Assembly: GCA_026936335.1 (NCBI GenBank)
Contig: JAPMXV010000008.1
Coordinates: forward strand, 248,001-312,000
Origin: Mantamonas sphyraenae STR306
Taxonomy: Eukaryota > Protista > CRuMs
Direction of reading: 5' to 3'
DNA length: 64,000 nucleotides
In this document: positions 9,601 to 21,000 of the stretch, piece after piece
How the letters are laid out: every line of letters begins with the position of its first letter
Position numbering within the stretch: the stretch's first letter is position 1
The notes under the pieces: generated by a model
The model's database searches: none
What the model saw: the letters and a program-made list of their open reading frames with translations, nothing else
What the model was told of the DNA's origin: nothing
Translations under genes and position numbers: made by a program

Positions 9601-12445
9601 CTCCTGTGCACGTGCATCAAGCTGCAAGGAGCCGGTGCGAACGAACGACGCAACTACGTCGGACATGCGTCCGTCGTCGCCGTCGACACGGATGCTACAA
9701 CTCCTGGCCATGACTACTCCATCGGAGAGTGCAAGTGACTGCGCGGCGTTGCCTTCTGTGTTCGTGTGGCAGGGAGGCCGCGCAAGCGGCGCCAAGGCTT
9801 GAAACTGTTTCAAGTTGGTGACGCACGTGTAGTCACTCATCATCATTCGCAGTGTATGCTTCAGCTTCGCTGTTGACGCCGCCAGCCCGGGGAAAACAGC
9901 TTTTAGGGCAAGCTCAAGCATGCCGAAATTGTCGATGTGCTCATTGCTCCGCGCCTCTCTCCTGGGCGTCCTGCTGTTGAGGACATCATGGCTCGACACT
10001 GCTTCCGGGGGGTCTTCTGTGACCATCATGTGGTCGTCTTTTGACTCTGTTGCCTCTTGCGTACCTGCTTCTTCTTCCTGACTCGAGGAAATCGCTCTCG
10101 CTCTCGCTCCACGGCCATGTAGCTCGTTGCTGGCAACGGAAAACACGGCTGCAAACGCATCTTCCTTGAAGGGGGGGCCATCAACACACATTCCATCGAT
10201 TCCGAGGGCCTGCGCCAGCTTCTGGACCTGCTCGACAAAGGCGAGAATAGAATGGGCACGCTCCTCGTCGCTCGCGCGACGCGTCCCGGCGGTTGTGGGA
10301 TCCAACGTCGATGCTTGTACTTTTGGGTGAACAATCGCGGTAACGGCGTTGCGCAACGACCACTGCGTGCCGTTGTGCAGGGCCTCAATCGTGTTCACAA
10401 TTTTCTGCCGGTGGTACTTGAGCAAACCAGTAGGTGCACGCTGAGGCAAGAGGCCACCATGCCCTCCCAGCAGCGCGTACGTGAAGAATCGCTCGTTGTT
10501 GCCCTGCTTGTCGAATTGGTAGGCAAGAAGCTGGGCCTCGTTTTGCTGGTACGCCTCCCACGTAGCCACATGAGTTGCACACGTTTCTCTTCCGCTCGCA
10601 TATAGCAGTTCAATGTCTGCACCCACAAGCAAGGCACCGGCAGCGTACTCGATTGCGCACAGATTGACATCCACACACGGCACGATATGCACTTCGTCCC
10701 CACCCCGCCTCCAAATGAGGGTCCCTCCGTTCTCCTTCTCAACTCCGTCCTCCCTGGAGATCGCCTCGTACAGAACGCCCAGTCTCTCCCTGTGCATCAT
10801 CCTGTTGGCGTGCTGCTCCAGCTCTGCCAGCACTTGCGGGTGGTGTTTGCCCAGCTTCAGCAAGAGCTCCAAGCATTGCGGCAGCTTGTCCCGCCGCTCG
10901 CCTGTTGCAACATCATCAAACACCTTGCACTCTGCGTTTGTGCAAAATCGATACACCGCTGGTCGTGCGGCTCGCAGGATTTCGGCGAAAGCGACATGCA
11001 TGGCAACGGTGTGGGCCAGTGAGTTGTAACTCCGCACGTGTGCCACATCCTCATGCAGGCTGTTCATGGGAAACGGCACATACGTTGTCATACCATCCTG
11101 TGCAAACTCGCCGAGCAGCTGCAGCGCGTCCATGGCGCTTGAAGGGGAGTGGGTGAACAGCGTGTCGGTGGCCGTCACTAGCACGATCCGTGTCACACCA
11201 GACAGCTCCAACGGCTTGGGCGTGGGGAGTGGGACGTGCACACCAGACACGCTGTACGGCTTTGGCCTCGGAGGCGGGGTTGCTGGCTCGGTGTCCATCG
11301 TTACGGACGCCTCCTCGCGCCACGGCCGCGCGTGGTAGCACGGTGAGACACACGTCCCTGCCCCAATCGTGCGAAGCGCATAGCTGTCACCAAAGTAGCT
11401 GGCGATGAGCGCACACACGTGGCGGGTACTGAGGGAGGGGTTCTTGTGGATTCGGACACATGTGCAGCTGTGTCCCACTGCGGTGGTTGAAACAGAAACC
11501 TGGATGACCAGTTGGTACCGTTCGAATGCATACACACGATGGTTGAATACAATCACCGCCTTCATCAGCTTGCTCAACGCAAGCAAGGCAAGCCTGGTCT
11601 TTGCGCGCCTAGTCCGTACCCTATCTCTGAGGAACGGCCATACACAGGCCAGGAACGTGTACCGTGCATTCCTGCCCCTTCTGACGAGTGTGGGGTTAGC
11701 GGCGCACCTGCTGGAGCTCAGGTGATGGAGAACAGCCATTGCGTCTGGCATGGCCTTTCTCGCTCGTTTGAACTTATCGGGTCCCTTCTCTGCCGCTGGT
11801 TCGTGGTGTTGCAGATGGCAAAGTCGCTTGTACAGTTCTCTTGCATGGCGTCCTCGTATGTCATCGAGGAACGGCTCCACGGTCTTCTGGTTGCGTTTGC
11901 GTTTGGAAACAACCCACGCCGTATCTTTTTCTTCCTCCAATTCCATGGTGTGCTTGTCCTGTACACCACTGGTTGAGGAGAAGTCTGCGTGTGTGTCTGT
12001 GTATGTGTGAAGGTCGCCGTCAGTCACCACTGTGCCCATGCTGTTCTTGCTGACCCTTTCCCACGCCAGTTTCCGTCTGCTCTGCTGTGCCATTTCGCAA
12101 CTTACCCACTCCCGGCGATGAGGATGATGAGGATGATGATGAGGATGATGAGGATGATGAGGATGATGATGATGTGTCCCGAGAGCGAACTACTTTGGGC
12201 CGCGTAGTCATCCCACCCATCGCCACGCGCTGTCGTTTGACACCCTCGCGCTTCTCCGCGAATTTCCGTTTGCGACGTTCCCATGCCTGCTGCGCCCGGC
12301 GCTGCCTACGGTTCGGGCGAGGGTCCTGCGTGCCAGTTGGATTCAAATGGGCTTCTTCATCCCATACGTCGTCGTCATCTGGAGACATCTGACCACCGTG
12401 AACTGTGACAAGGACAGCCAGGAGCAGCAACAACAGGCGTAGCAT
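6607..12445 (-). CDS. Giant Fanzor (eukaryotic TnpB-family, putative RNA-guided RuvC endonuclease), ~1,905-1,909 aa if two exons (12445-12106 and 11996/11984-6607); 1,828 aa as the single ORF 12093-6607
   Basis: C-terminal RVVVGIDPN (RuvC-I Asp, 7417-7419), LAFGNGRF, VVVTREAYTSALCRECG (RuvC-II Glu, 6865-6867, plus CxxC), WDCTHC (CxxC) and HKDIDAAVAIA (RuvC-III Asp, 6733-6735; cf. RDxNAAxNI). Intron: GTAAGT donor at 12105, CTGAC branch motif at 12023-12019, CAG acceptors at 11997 or 11985, both restoring frame. Confidence 0.85.
12117..12174. repeat. (GAT/GAG)n trinucleotide repeat encoding poly-Ser in Fanzor exon 1
   Basis: gatgaggatgatgaggatgatgatgag... read directly from the sequence. Confidence 0.9.
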
Positions 12446-12937
12446 TTTCGATGCCTGGTCGGGCGCACCGGGTCATGTAAGCATTTACACACACACGAGC
12501 TTTGTGAATGACCTTGGATTCATTGCAGGCGGAGGCGGTGGCTTGGGGGTTGAGGGGGTGGCAAGGGCATCACACCTGCTTGTCGTCCCACCTCGTCCAC
12601 ACGATGGATTGTTCGCATGGATTGTTTGTTACCATTGTGTGGATGACTTTGGGTAGCTTCATTCAGTGCGCATGAAAACCGAGGGGGGTGGGAAGGATTG
12701 GCGGTTGGAGCACAGCCATGAGCACACGCCCAACCGCTCGGGTGTGAACATCTCCATGATCACAAAGAACCCACAGATGAGTGAGATCATGCCTCGGTGA
12801 ACATTCTATGTGTTTCTGGGCGTTGTTCTCGGTGGTGGAGCCACGTTCACGCTCAATTGCAACCAACGGAACGATGTGAGAGGTGCGTGGCATGGATTTC
12901 AAAGAGGAGACATCTCCATTTGCGTCTTTCTGTCAGT

Positions 12938-14359
12938 TCACCACCAGCTGCTGCTCTTGCTCTTGGTTTCCCCTTGCTCCTGCAACTTGGCTTGCTCTGC
13001 TTGCTGTTGCGCAGACGCTGCAGCAGCGGCAGCAGCCGCATCGACGCTGGCGCGGTTTTTGGCGGCCTCGGCTTGCACAAGAGCGGCCTCAAGCCCTTCT
13101 TCGAGCTCGCGGTTGGAGCGTTTCAGATCGTTGTTGGCCTCCTCGAGGCGTTTCATCTGGCGGGTCTGCAGTCGGAGCTGCTCCTGCATCCGCAGCATGT
13201 CTTCCTTGACCTCGGATGCCGAGTACACTTTCTTCAGCATCAGCTCCTGCTGCGCCATGCGAGTCTCCTCTTCGTTGTGCTGTGCCTGTTGCACCAACTC
13301 GTTGTTCTTCCTCTCCGTCTCTTCCAGCTGCTCGCTGAGGTTCTTCACACGGCCCTCGTACATCGTGCGCACATCTTCCACCTGCTTCTTGGTTGTCTCC
13401 AGGTTCTCTTGCAGCTTCGCCTGCGTCTCCTGCTGTGTTTGCATGCTTTGCCTCCATTCCGCCTCGTTCGTCTGCATCGACTCTTGCAGTGCAGCCACCT
13501 GCCCTTCCAGTTTGCGCACGCGCTGCTCCAAATGCGTCTTGGTGCTCTGAAGCTCTTCCACCTCCTTTCTCAGCCTCAGATTCTCCTGCGCCAGCTTCTC
13601 CAGGTCCATCTCCTGGCCGCCGCTGCTGCCAAGCGATCCACCACTGCTTCGCCGACCGTTCTCCTCACCTTCTGCGCCGTCTCCTGCCTGCTTTCCTGCT
13701 CCACTCGCTTCATCGCTGGTGCCACTGCCGCTGTTGTTGTTGTGGAGCGGAAGCTTGAACAGTTCGGTGCTCACGCCCATCCCTGAGTCGATGCTTGCCA
13801 GGACCAGGCTCAGCCTGTTCTTCAACTTTCGATTCTCCTCGTCCAGCATTGTCAGACGTCCATGCAGACGCTGTTCACGTGCGTTCCCTCCTGCACGGCT
13901 GCCGCTGCTGCTGCTGCTGCCACGCTGCTGCAACGCGCGTGCCTGTTGTTCGATCTGAGTGCGCATCTGCTCCAGCTCCTGTTTCTGTGCCTCGTACACA
14001 CTGTTTGACTGCTCTCGCAGCTCTTCGTTCTCGTTGAAGAGCAGCTGACACGTGCTCACCAGATGGTCGACCAGATGCTTCATCGCGTCGTAGTTGTCCC
14101 GGAACGCCTTGCTGGCCTCTTCCAGGATGTCGTTTACGCTAAAAGTGGACGCAGACGACTTGACCTTGGGCCTCACCATGCTCTCCTCCACCTCCTTCAA
14201 CTTCTCTTGCATGGACCCGTCCTTGCGACTCGCCTCACGCATCGCACGACGCTTCTCCACCGCTGCCAGCATCTCTTCTTCTGTCTGCGGGTTGTCTTCA
14301 CTCTGCGATACAACCACTTCCTCCATCACCGCATCAGCCTGCACCGGCTGTGTTTCCTC

Positions 14360-14395
<36 letters not shown>

Positions 14396-16577
14396 TGATG
14401 CATCTGCGGTCTCATCCTCGTTGACCTGCAGCTTCTCCCCCGTGTGGTGGCTGCCGGTCATCGTCTTTACCTCCTCCCGGCTGGATGCGCTCTTGAGATT
14501 CTCCACAAAGAGTACCAGCGAGCGCTTCTTGGGAATGCCCGCGGTGGGCGCCTTGGCCAACTTGCGCCTGCGCTCCTGGGCCTCCATCAGAGTCTCGTGA
14601 GCAGACACGGGGATGCTGGCTGCCTTGACAACCTGCGCCGTTGCAAGCTCTTGCAGGGTCTGGTCAAACATGGTGGTACCCAGAAGGCTCTTGGGCACCT
14701 CCTGCCGCTTGCGCCTGAGGAATGCCTCCTTCTCGCCCTCCAAGGGCAGTTCGTCGCGCAGCAGTTTCATCAGCTCGTGGCGACGTTCGTTGTCCGCGTG
14801 CAGCGACTGCTGGCTGCGCTCCAGCTGCATGCGCATCATCTTGGCCGACGCCGTGAAAAAGTTGCGGCACTTGTAGATCATCTGCTCGCTCTCTGCAATC
14901 AGGCTCTGGCGCATGTCTTGGCGGATGGTGTCCAGATCCCTGGTTGTGCGGTCGAGTTCCGTCTGCAGCTGGCGCACGTACACGCCATGATCCGCTTTGT
15001 ACTCCTCCAGCTCCTTCTTCACTTTGCTTGTGTCGTCAAACTCGCCCTGCAGCTTGTCCAGCCTCTTTTTCAAGTCCCGGTTGCTTTCACGTTCCTTTTC
15101 CAGCAGATTGCGCAGGGCGTTGATCTCTTCCACCACCAGCTGGCCCTTGGGGCGGCCTACGCTGTCCAGAAACACCTCAAAGTCTTGCAGCATGTACGGT
15201 GCGTTGTTGCGGTCTCCACTGATCTCTTCTGCATGCTCACGGATAAACTCCACCACGCCGGCGCTCTTTTCGGCCAAAAAGTCCACCACTGTCTTGGCGG
15301 ACTCTGTGCGGCAGTTGCGCATCGAGTCCTGCAGCTCCGTCTCTCGCTCCGCGAATGTTTCCCGCGTGTACGTGTCGTAGTCTGGGAAAGGTCTGAGGTT
15401 GCTCTTGTCTGTGTCTTTGCACACGTCCTGCAGCCACTCGCCCATTCGCTCGCTGTTTGCACTCACAAACTCGTTCATCACCGTCAGGAACTTTTCCTTC
15501 TTGCCAAACGGCTTTCCCAGCGCCGTCTGCTGTAGAACCTTGCTCAAAAGCACCAAATTGCGCTGTTGTCGAGCCTCCACGTCCACGCTGAGCTCAAGCA
15601 GGCCGTACTCTTTCGGCGTCGTCAGAGCGGGTCCCAGGAACCGCAGCACCACAAATCCAGACACCAACGCTCGCACGTTGCCCTCGTTGCCCATGTATTG
15701 TTCGCACGCTGACTGGATCGAGTAGCAAAGGCCTCTGTGTTGTGTGCAGCCTGGTGTGTCAGCGACGTATGCTTCGCACAACGACGTCCATTGCATCGCA
15801 GGCTCATTGCACGTGTCTCCTTCCCCCGTCCACGGTTCCCACAAACATCTCCTTCCACTCACCTGATTTGTCGTGGCAATGCAGCCATGGCCTGAGGCGA
15901 CGTCAGCGCGTCAAGCAGCTTGGCCGACCATTCTTTCAGCGCGACAAGGTTGCGTTCGTACTCGTTGCGTGTATCCAGTTTGCTGTGTGTCGTACCGCAT
16001 GTATGGACAACCGTGTCAGTGGCATCCCTACGGACAGACCATTGGGTGCGTGGAGCTATCCTGCGCCGAGCCAGCGCGTGGTTTGTCCGCGCCCTCGGCT
16101 GTCATGGATCCGTGACCCTCCCACTTTTTTCTCCACACAACACACACCGCAGGCCTACCTCTGGTCGATTTCCATGGACATCGAACCCATGCGCGCACTG
16201 CATAGCTCTTTGACAATGGGAGCCACCACCTGCTGCAGGTACTGGAAGGCCACTTGCTTGGAAAACAAGCGCAGCGTGCGCACACCCAGCGACTCGTTGC
16301 GCATGATGGACCCCTTCTGGCTTCCTTTGGCCACAAAATCGGCCTCCAGCAGGTGTCTCACCAGAGCCACCGTGTTGTCGGCTGCGTTTCCAAGATCCAT
16401 CAGGGAGAGAGCCATCGATTGGAATTGGTCGTTCGGGCACAGCGCCGCCACGTACAGCGGCATCTCTTTGCCCACCGAAATCGTCTCAATCAGCGCCAGT
16501 TTCTGCGCTGTGCCCAGCGTGCTGCTGGACGACGCGCTCGCAGACGCGCTCGAACCTGCACCAGACATCGAACTCAT
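12938..16577 (-). CDS. RasGAP-domain protein with long C-terminal coiled coil; at least two introns (~16157-15983 and ~15862-15734)
   Basis: SIMRNESL (arginine-finger region), GFVVLRFLGPALTTPKEYGL (FLRFxxPAIxxP signature), RNLVLLSKVLQ, FGKKEKFL. A middle exon KLDTRNEYERNLVALKEWS is flanked by AG/GT. Confidence 0.85.
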
Positions 16578-16699
16578 TGTCCTCCTTGTGTTGATGTTGA
16601 TGCGATGCCTGCACTGGCGCCCTGGGGTCCCTTGCCCCCGCCTTTCCCAACTCCTTGGCCCTCCCTCGACCACCCCATTCCCTGTTTTCACGCTGCCGC

Positions 16700-18031
16700 A
16701 TGTCCAACAGTACGTTGACCGCCCTGCCACATCCCTCGTGCCCACTTGCTCCGTTTTTTGTTTGTATCCCCCCACCATCATGCCATCACTGCTGGACCTC
16801 CTCCTTCCTGTCTCGCTCACACTTGTGTGTGTTTTCTGTGCGCCCTGGATTCTTCAGCTGTCGAAAAGCTTCTGGCCTCGCTGCCTCAGCAGGAGCTGGA
16901 TCGCTTCCAAGCCGACCAGCAGGCCTGGGTGGATGCCGAGTTGAAGAAACAACAGGCCGAACACGACGAACAGATGCGTCGCCAGCGTCTACGCCATGAA
17001 AACGAAGTGGCCGACCTCCAACGCAGGCTCGAAGAGGCCGAGATTGCCGCCAAGGTGGCCCGCAAGGACAAAGAGGCAGTTCTCTATGACATCACCTCCT
17101 ACCAGCATCTCCTGTGGATGCTTGAGAAACAGGTGGACGATTATGTCCGCAAGAACACAGGTGAGGGGTCAACGTTGAGCCACTGTCGTCCCACCACTCT
17201 CGCTGGTGGGCATCCCCCCAGGTTTCCCCTGACACCCGTTCCCCACCTGCAGAGCTGACGCAGACCGCACACCATGCCGTCGCATTCTTCTTTGCCACTG
17301 CCTGCCTTCAACTTCATCGCTTCCTGTCTCTCGATGCTGCTGTTGTCTCCGAGCTGGCCGCCGCGGCCGCTGCTCGCTCGCAAAACAGCACTGCCTTTGA
17401 TGAGCCCTTTTCCTTTGGCCTCTTTCTTGACCAGATTGCTGCTGGAGAGGACAACAAAGACCTCGACGTCTCTGTTCGCATCCTCCACGCAATCCTTAGC
17501 GACACAGAGGTGAGTTTTGTGTGTGAGCCGGTGTAGATGTGCCGTTGTCACGCTCACACGCAGTCCAACACCACCGCGATGCAGATGAACGCCCTACGTA
17601 CCCACGACAACCCCACAGCCCAACTCTTTCAGTTCCAGATTGCGCAGCTGCTGGCAGACAACATAGACGCTCACAAGAGCATCGTGGACATGTTTCCGCT
17701 CAAAAGCGATGCTCTTGACACCCTCTCAACCCTCGACGACAAAGACACCTCTGCAAGCGACGCCAAACAGGAAAACGCCGAAGAGCTGTATGGCAAGACG
17801 CTGTCTGCCATGGCCGAGGTCCAGGGCGATCTGGAAACTGCCCTGAAGAACGAACAGCTCATGCGTTCCGACATCTCTGTGCTCATGTCCTCCATGCAAG
17901 AGCGCCTCGGCCTGCCTCAGACGGGCCAGCCCTCTCAAGACCTTGTCCTTCGCTTCTTTGCCTTTCACGACTCTCTCCAACACAACCAAAAACAACAACC
18001 AGAGCAGCAGCAGGAGGGCGAAAGCGCATGA
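16700..18031 (+). CDS. Hypothetical multi-exon coiled-coil protein
   Basis: ATGTCCAACA|GTACGT...CTTCAG|CTGTCGAA joins into the 16746 ORF frame; further GTGAGG and GTGAGT donors at 17161 and 17510 link to the 17537-18031 ORF. Confidence 0.55.
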
Positions 18032-18074
18032 CCAAGTGTTCACCGACTGTTCATTGCACACCGCATCATCATTC

Positions 18075-21000
18075 TCACTCCACGTCCTTCTTCTCCGCAC
18101 CGCGCGGCTCGAAGCGCAAACTGCGCGAATACAACTCGTCGTCGCTCATTGTTTCCGCCATGGCGCCGTCTTCAAAGAAGCGACCCACCTGCGGCACGTC
18201 CATAAACAGGTACGGAATCATTTGGCAACGCGTCACCTCGTTGATCACGCCAAACACCAGGCGTCGCTTGCCAAAGTTGATCAGGCCGTCCTTGGTGTCC
18301 GGGTTGCCGTCCTCCGTAAATGTCAGATCGCTCAGGAACACGCCCAGGAACGGCAGACACGGCTTGCCTGCACTCAGCGCCTCCGCGAGGGTCGTGCGGA
18401 ATGCCTTGTACGACAGTTCTGCGTTCATAATCTCGTCCACAGATTCCATCGCCTGCAGCTCCTTCTTCTTCAGCTCGCCCTTGGTCAGTTTCAGACGATG
18501 CACCGCCTGGTTGTTCAGACCCGCCTGGATGGCTGCCATGGCACTAAAGTTGTTCAGCTGCCTCAGCTCGTCCGCAAGCTCCACAAACTTGCTCCACACG
18601 CGTGCGCGATCCGCCAACTTGCTTTCGCTCAACACACGCTCGATCACAAACTGTGACAGGCCGTTGAAGCGGCTCACACACGCCAGCAGGTTCGGAGCCC
18701 GGTCTCGGTACTTCTCCTTGCTCCATGCCAGCTTCAGGAACTCCGTCTGGCGGATGTTCTTAAACACATTCCAGTCTCGCAGCGTGATCTGCCTGGCCAG
18801 CTCCTTGCCGTCCACCTCGTGCCATTCCAACTTGGGGTTGAACACATTCGCAGGCACAATCGGCTCTGGCGCTCCCGTGTAGTCCAGCGGCGTGTCACTC
18901 TCTTCCCGCGTCAGTGCACGCATCAACAGATTCACGCTCTTGGCTCCCGCCACGTCCAGTGCAATCACGCTGTTGATGAACGTTGTCGCCATGCTCTTCA
19001 ACTTCTCCGACGACTGGAAATCCTTGGGTTGGTCATTCAGCCACACCTTGAACACGTTCACCACACGCTCTCGAACCGTCGTCTTCACCTGATCCGCGTT
19101 CTTCTCCGGCACGTTGTACCGCTGCACAAGCTTGAACAGAAGCATCATGGCGCTCATAAAGTCCCGATATGCCATCACCATCACTTGTACGTCACTCGAC
19201 GTGCATCCCGGGTTCGACACATACTCCACCAGCCTGTTCACGCTGCCGTGAGTAAGCTCTCCCTTTTCGCTGTTCAGCACATCCACTTCCTTTCCGTCCA
19301 CCTTGGTCGGCTTGTTCCAGATGTGTTCGTCCTCAAACAGCTCGCCCTTGGCCTGCGCCTCCGCCGCAACCTCCTGCTTCAGCAGCTTCTCAAGGTACGT
19401 CTCTTCGTGTACGTCCCCAGGCTCCAGGTACACAAGATCCGTAGACGTCACCACAACCTTGGTCGTTGTCGTTTCCTTCTGCTTGCGTCCACCAATGCTC
19501 ATCTTGCGACCTGTCTCTGCAATGCTCATGCGTCGGCCCAGTCCAGAGATGCCAAAACCAGCGTCGCTCGCGCTGCGTCCGCGCTTGCCTCCTCCCTGCA
19601 CATTCAGCAACTTCTTGTTTTGCGGCGTTCCCTCGCCTCCGCTTCCACCACTGCTGCTACTGCTGCTGCTGCTACTGCTGCTGCTTTCATCACTGCTCTT
19701 TTCCCGGTTGAACAACCCCTCGTGGTCGTTGCTCTCGCCACGTGTCTCTGGCACCAAGATCTCACTCTGGGGCGTACTCAGCATGCGCTTCACAATCGTT
19801 TGCTTGCGCCTGCTCGGGCGTGCCTGCAGCGCCGTCGGGTTCGTCGTCAGCCTGCTGTCAACCATGCGGAGCTTGCTGTAGTTCAGCTGTGAGTCCTCTG
19901 CGTTGATCTCCGGGTCCGCGGGGTACGGTTCGTTGCCCATCTGGTTGTTCAGCTTGGTTGCGCGTTGCCTCCACGTCGCAAGAAGCGCCTTCAGGTGCTG
20001 GATCTGCGCAAACGCACTCTTTTCAAACTTCTCAATCGCCGCCTGCTCATCATCGGCATACTTTTGGGTCTGTGCCATGCGCAGAGTCTGCGTGCGCAAT
20101 TCCTTGCGCAAATCGTCCATCTTTGCCTTGAGTTTGTCCCGCTCGCCGCGCGCCGTGTTTTGCGCATTCTGCCTTGCCGTCACCTCGCGCTCCAGACCTG
20201 CCTCCAGTTCCTTCACCTGCTCACCCAGCTTTGCCTTTTCCTCTTCCAGTCGCGCACGCATCGCCTTCTCCTGTGCAAGCTCCCTTTCCGTCACCTGCAC
20301 CTGCACCAGCCTTTCGCGTGCGACCGCGTGTTCCGTAACCTCCTTCTGGTACTGCTTCTCCGCAGCCTGCACCTTGCCATCCAGCTCTTGCAACTGTTTC
20401 ATCAGATCCTGCTTCTCTACTTCTGCCTGCGCCAAATCCTTTGCCCCAGCGCTCATGGCCAGCGCAAGCTCTTCTTCCAGCAGCTTCACCTGTGCGTCAC
20501 GTACCTCCAGGTTCGTTTCCAGGTGCAGCACACGCTCCACACTTGCAGCCACTTCCTGTCGCCCGCTCTCCACCTTTGCGCTCAATGCATCGCGTTCCTC
20601 GCCGGTCTGCTTGCACACGCTCTCCTTCTGCTCCATCAGCGCGCCCAGGTCCACCAGCGACTTCTCCAACTTCACTGCACGCAGTTCTGCACGCACCTTT
20701 TCCACCTCCAGCACGTCCTTCGCTTCCTCCAACGCATACACGCGCGTCCGCTGCACCGCGCTCTTCTTCTCCACCTCCTCCACGTACTCCTGCACGCTCT
20801 TCAGCGCAAGCTCGCTCGCGTGCCACTTCTTCTGAAACTCCAACGCGTTGCGTCGCTCCTCCTTTACCTCAGCACGCAGCCGCTCCATCTCCTCCCCGCC
20901 TCCTGCGCTCGCCGCCAACGCACCGGCTCCCTCCTTCGCCGCCGTCATTGCCTGCAGCTCCTCCGCACGGTTCGCATTCTTTGCCTCTGCCAGCTTACCC

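Noticed and set aside
12670-12800. U3 snoRNA-like sequence (GAAAACC..GAGG)
   Set aside because: Boxes A, B, C and D are not found in the right order.
6400-12940. Terminal inverted repeats, target-site duplication or Helitron ends around the Fanzor
   Set aside because: No matching TIR pair or CTRR end found by eye; the shared GAGAGG (6454-6459 and 12878-12883) is too short to be meaningful. Element boundaries remain undefined, so no mobile_element feature is called.
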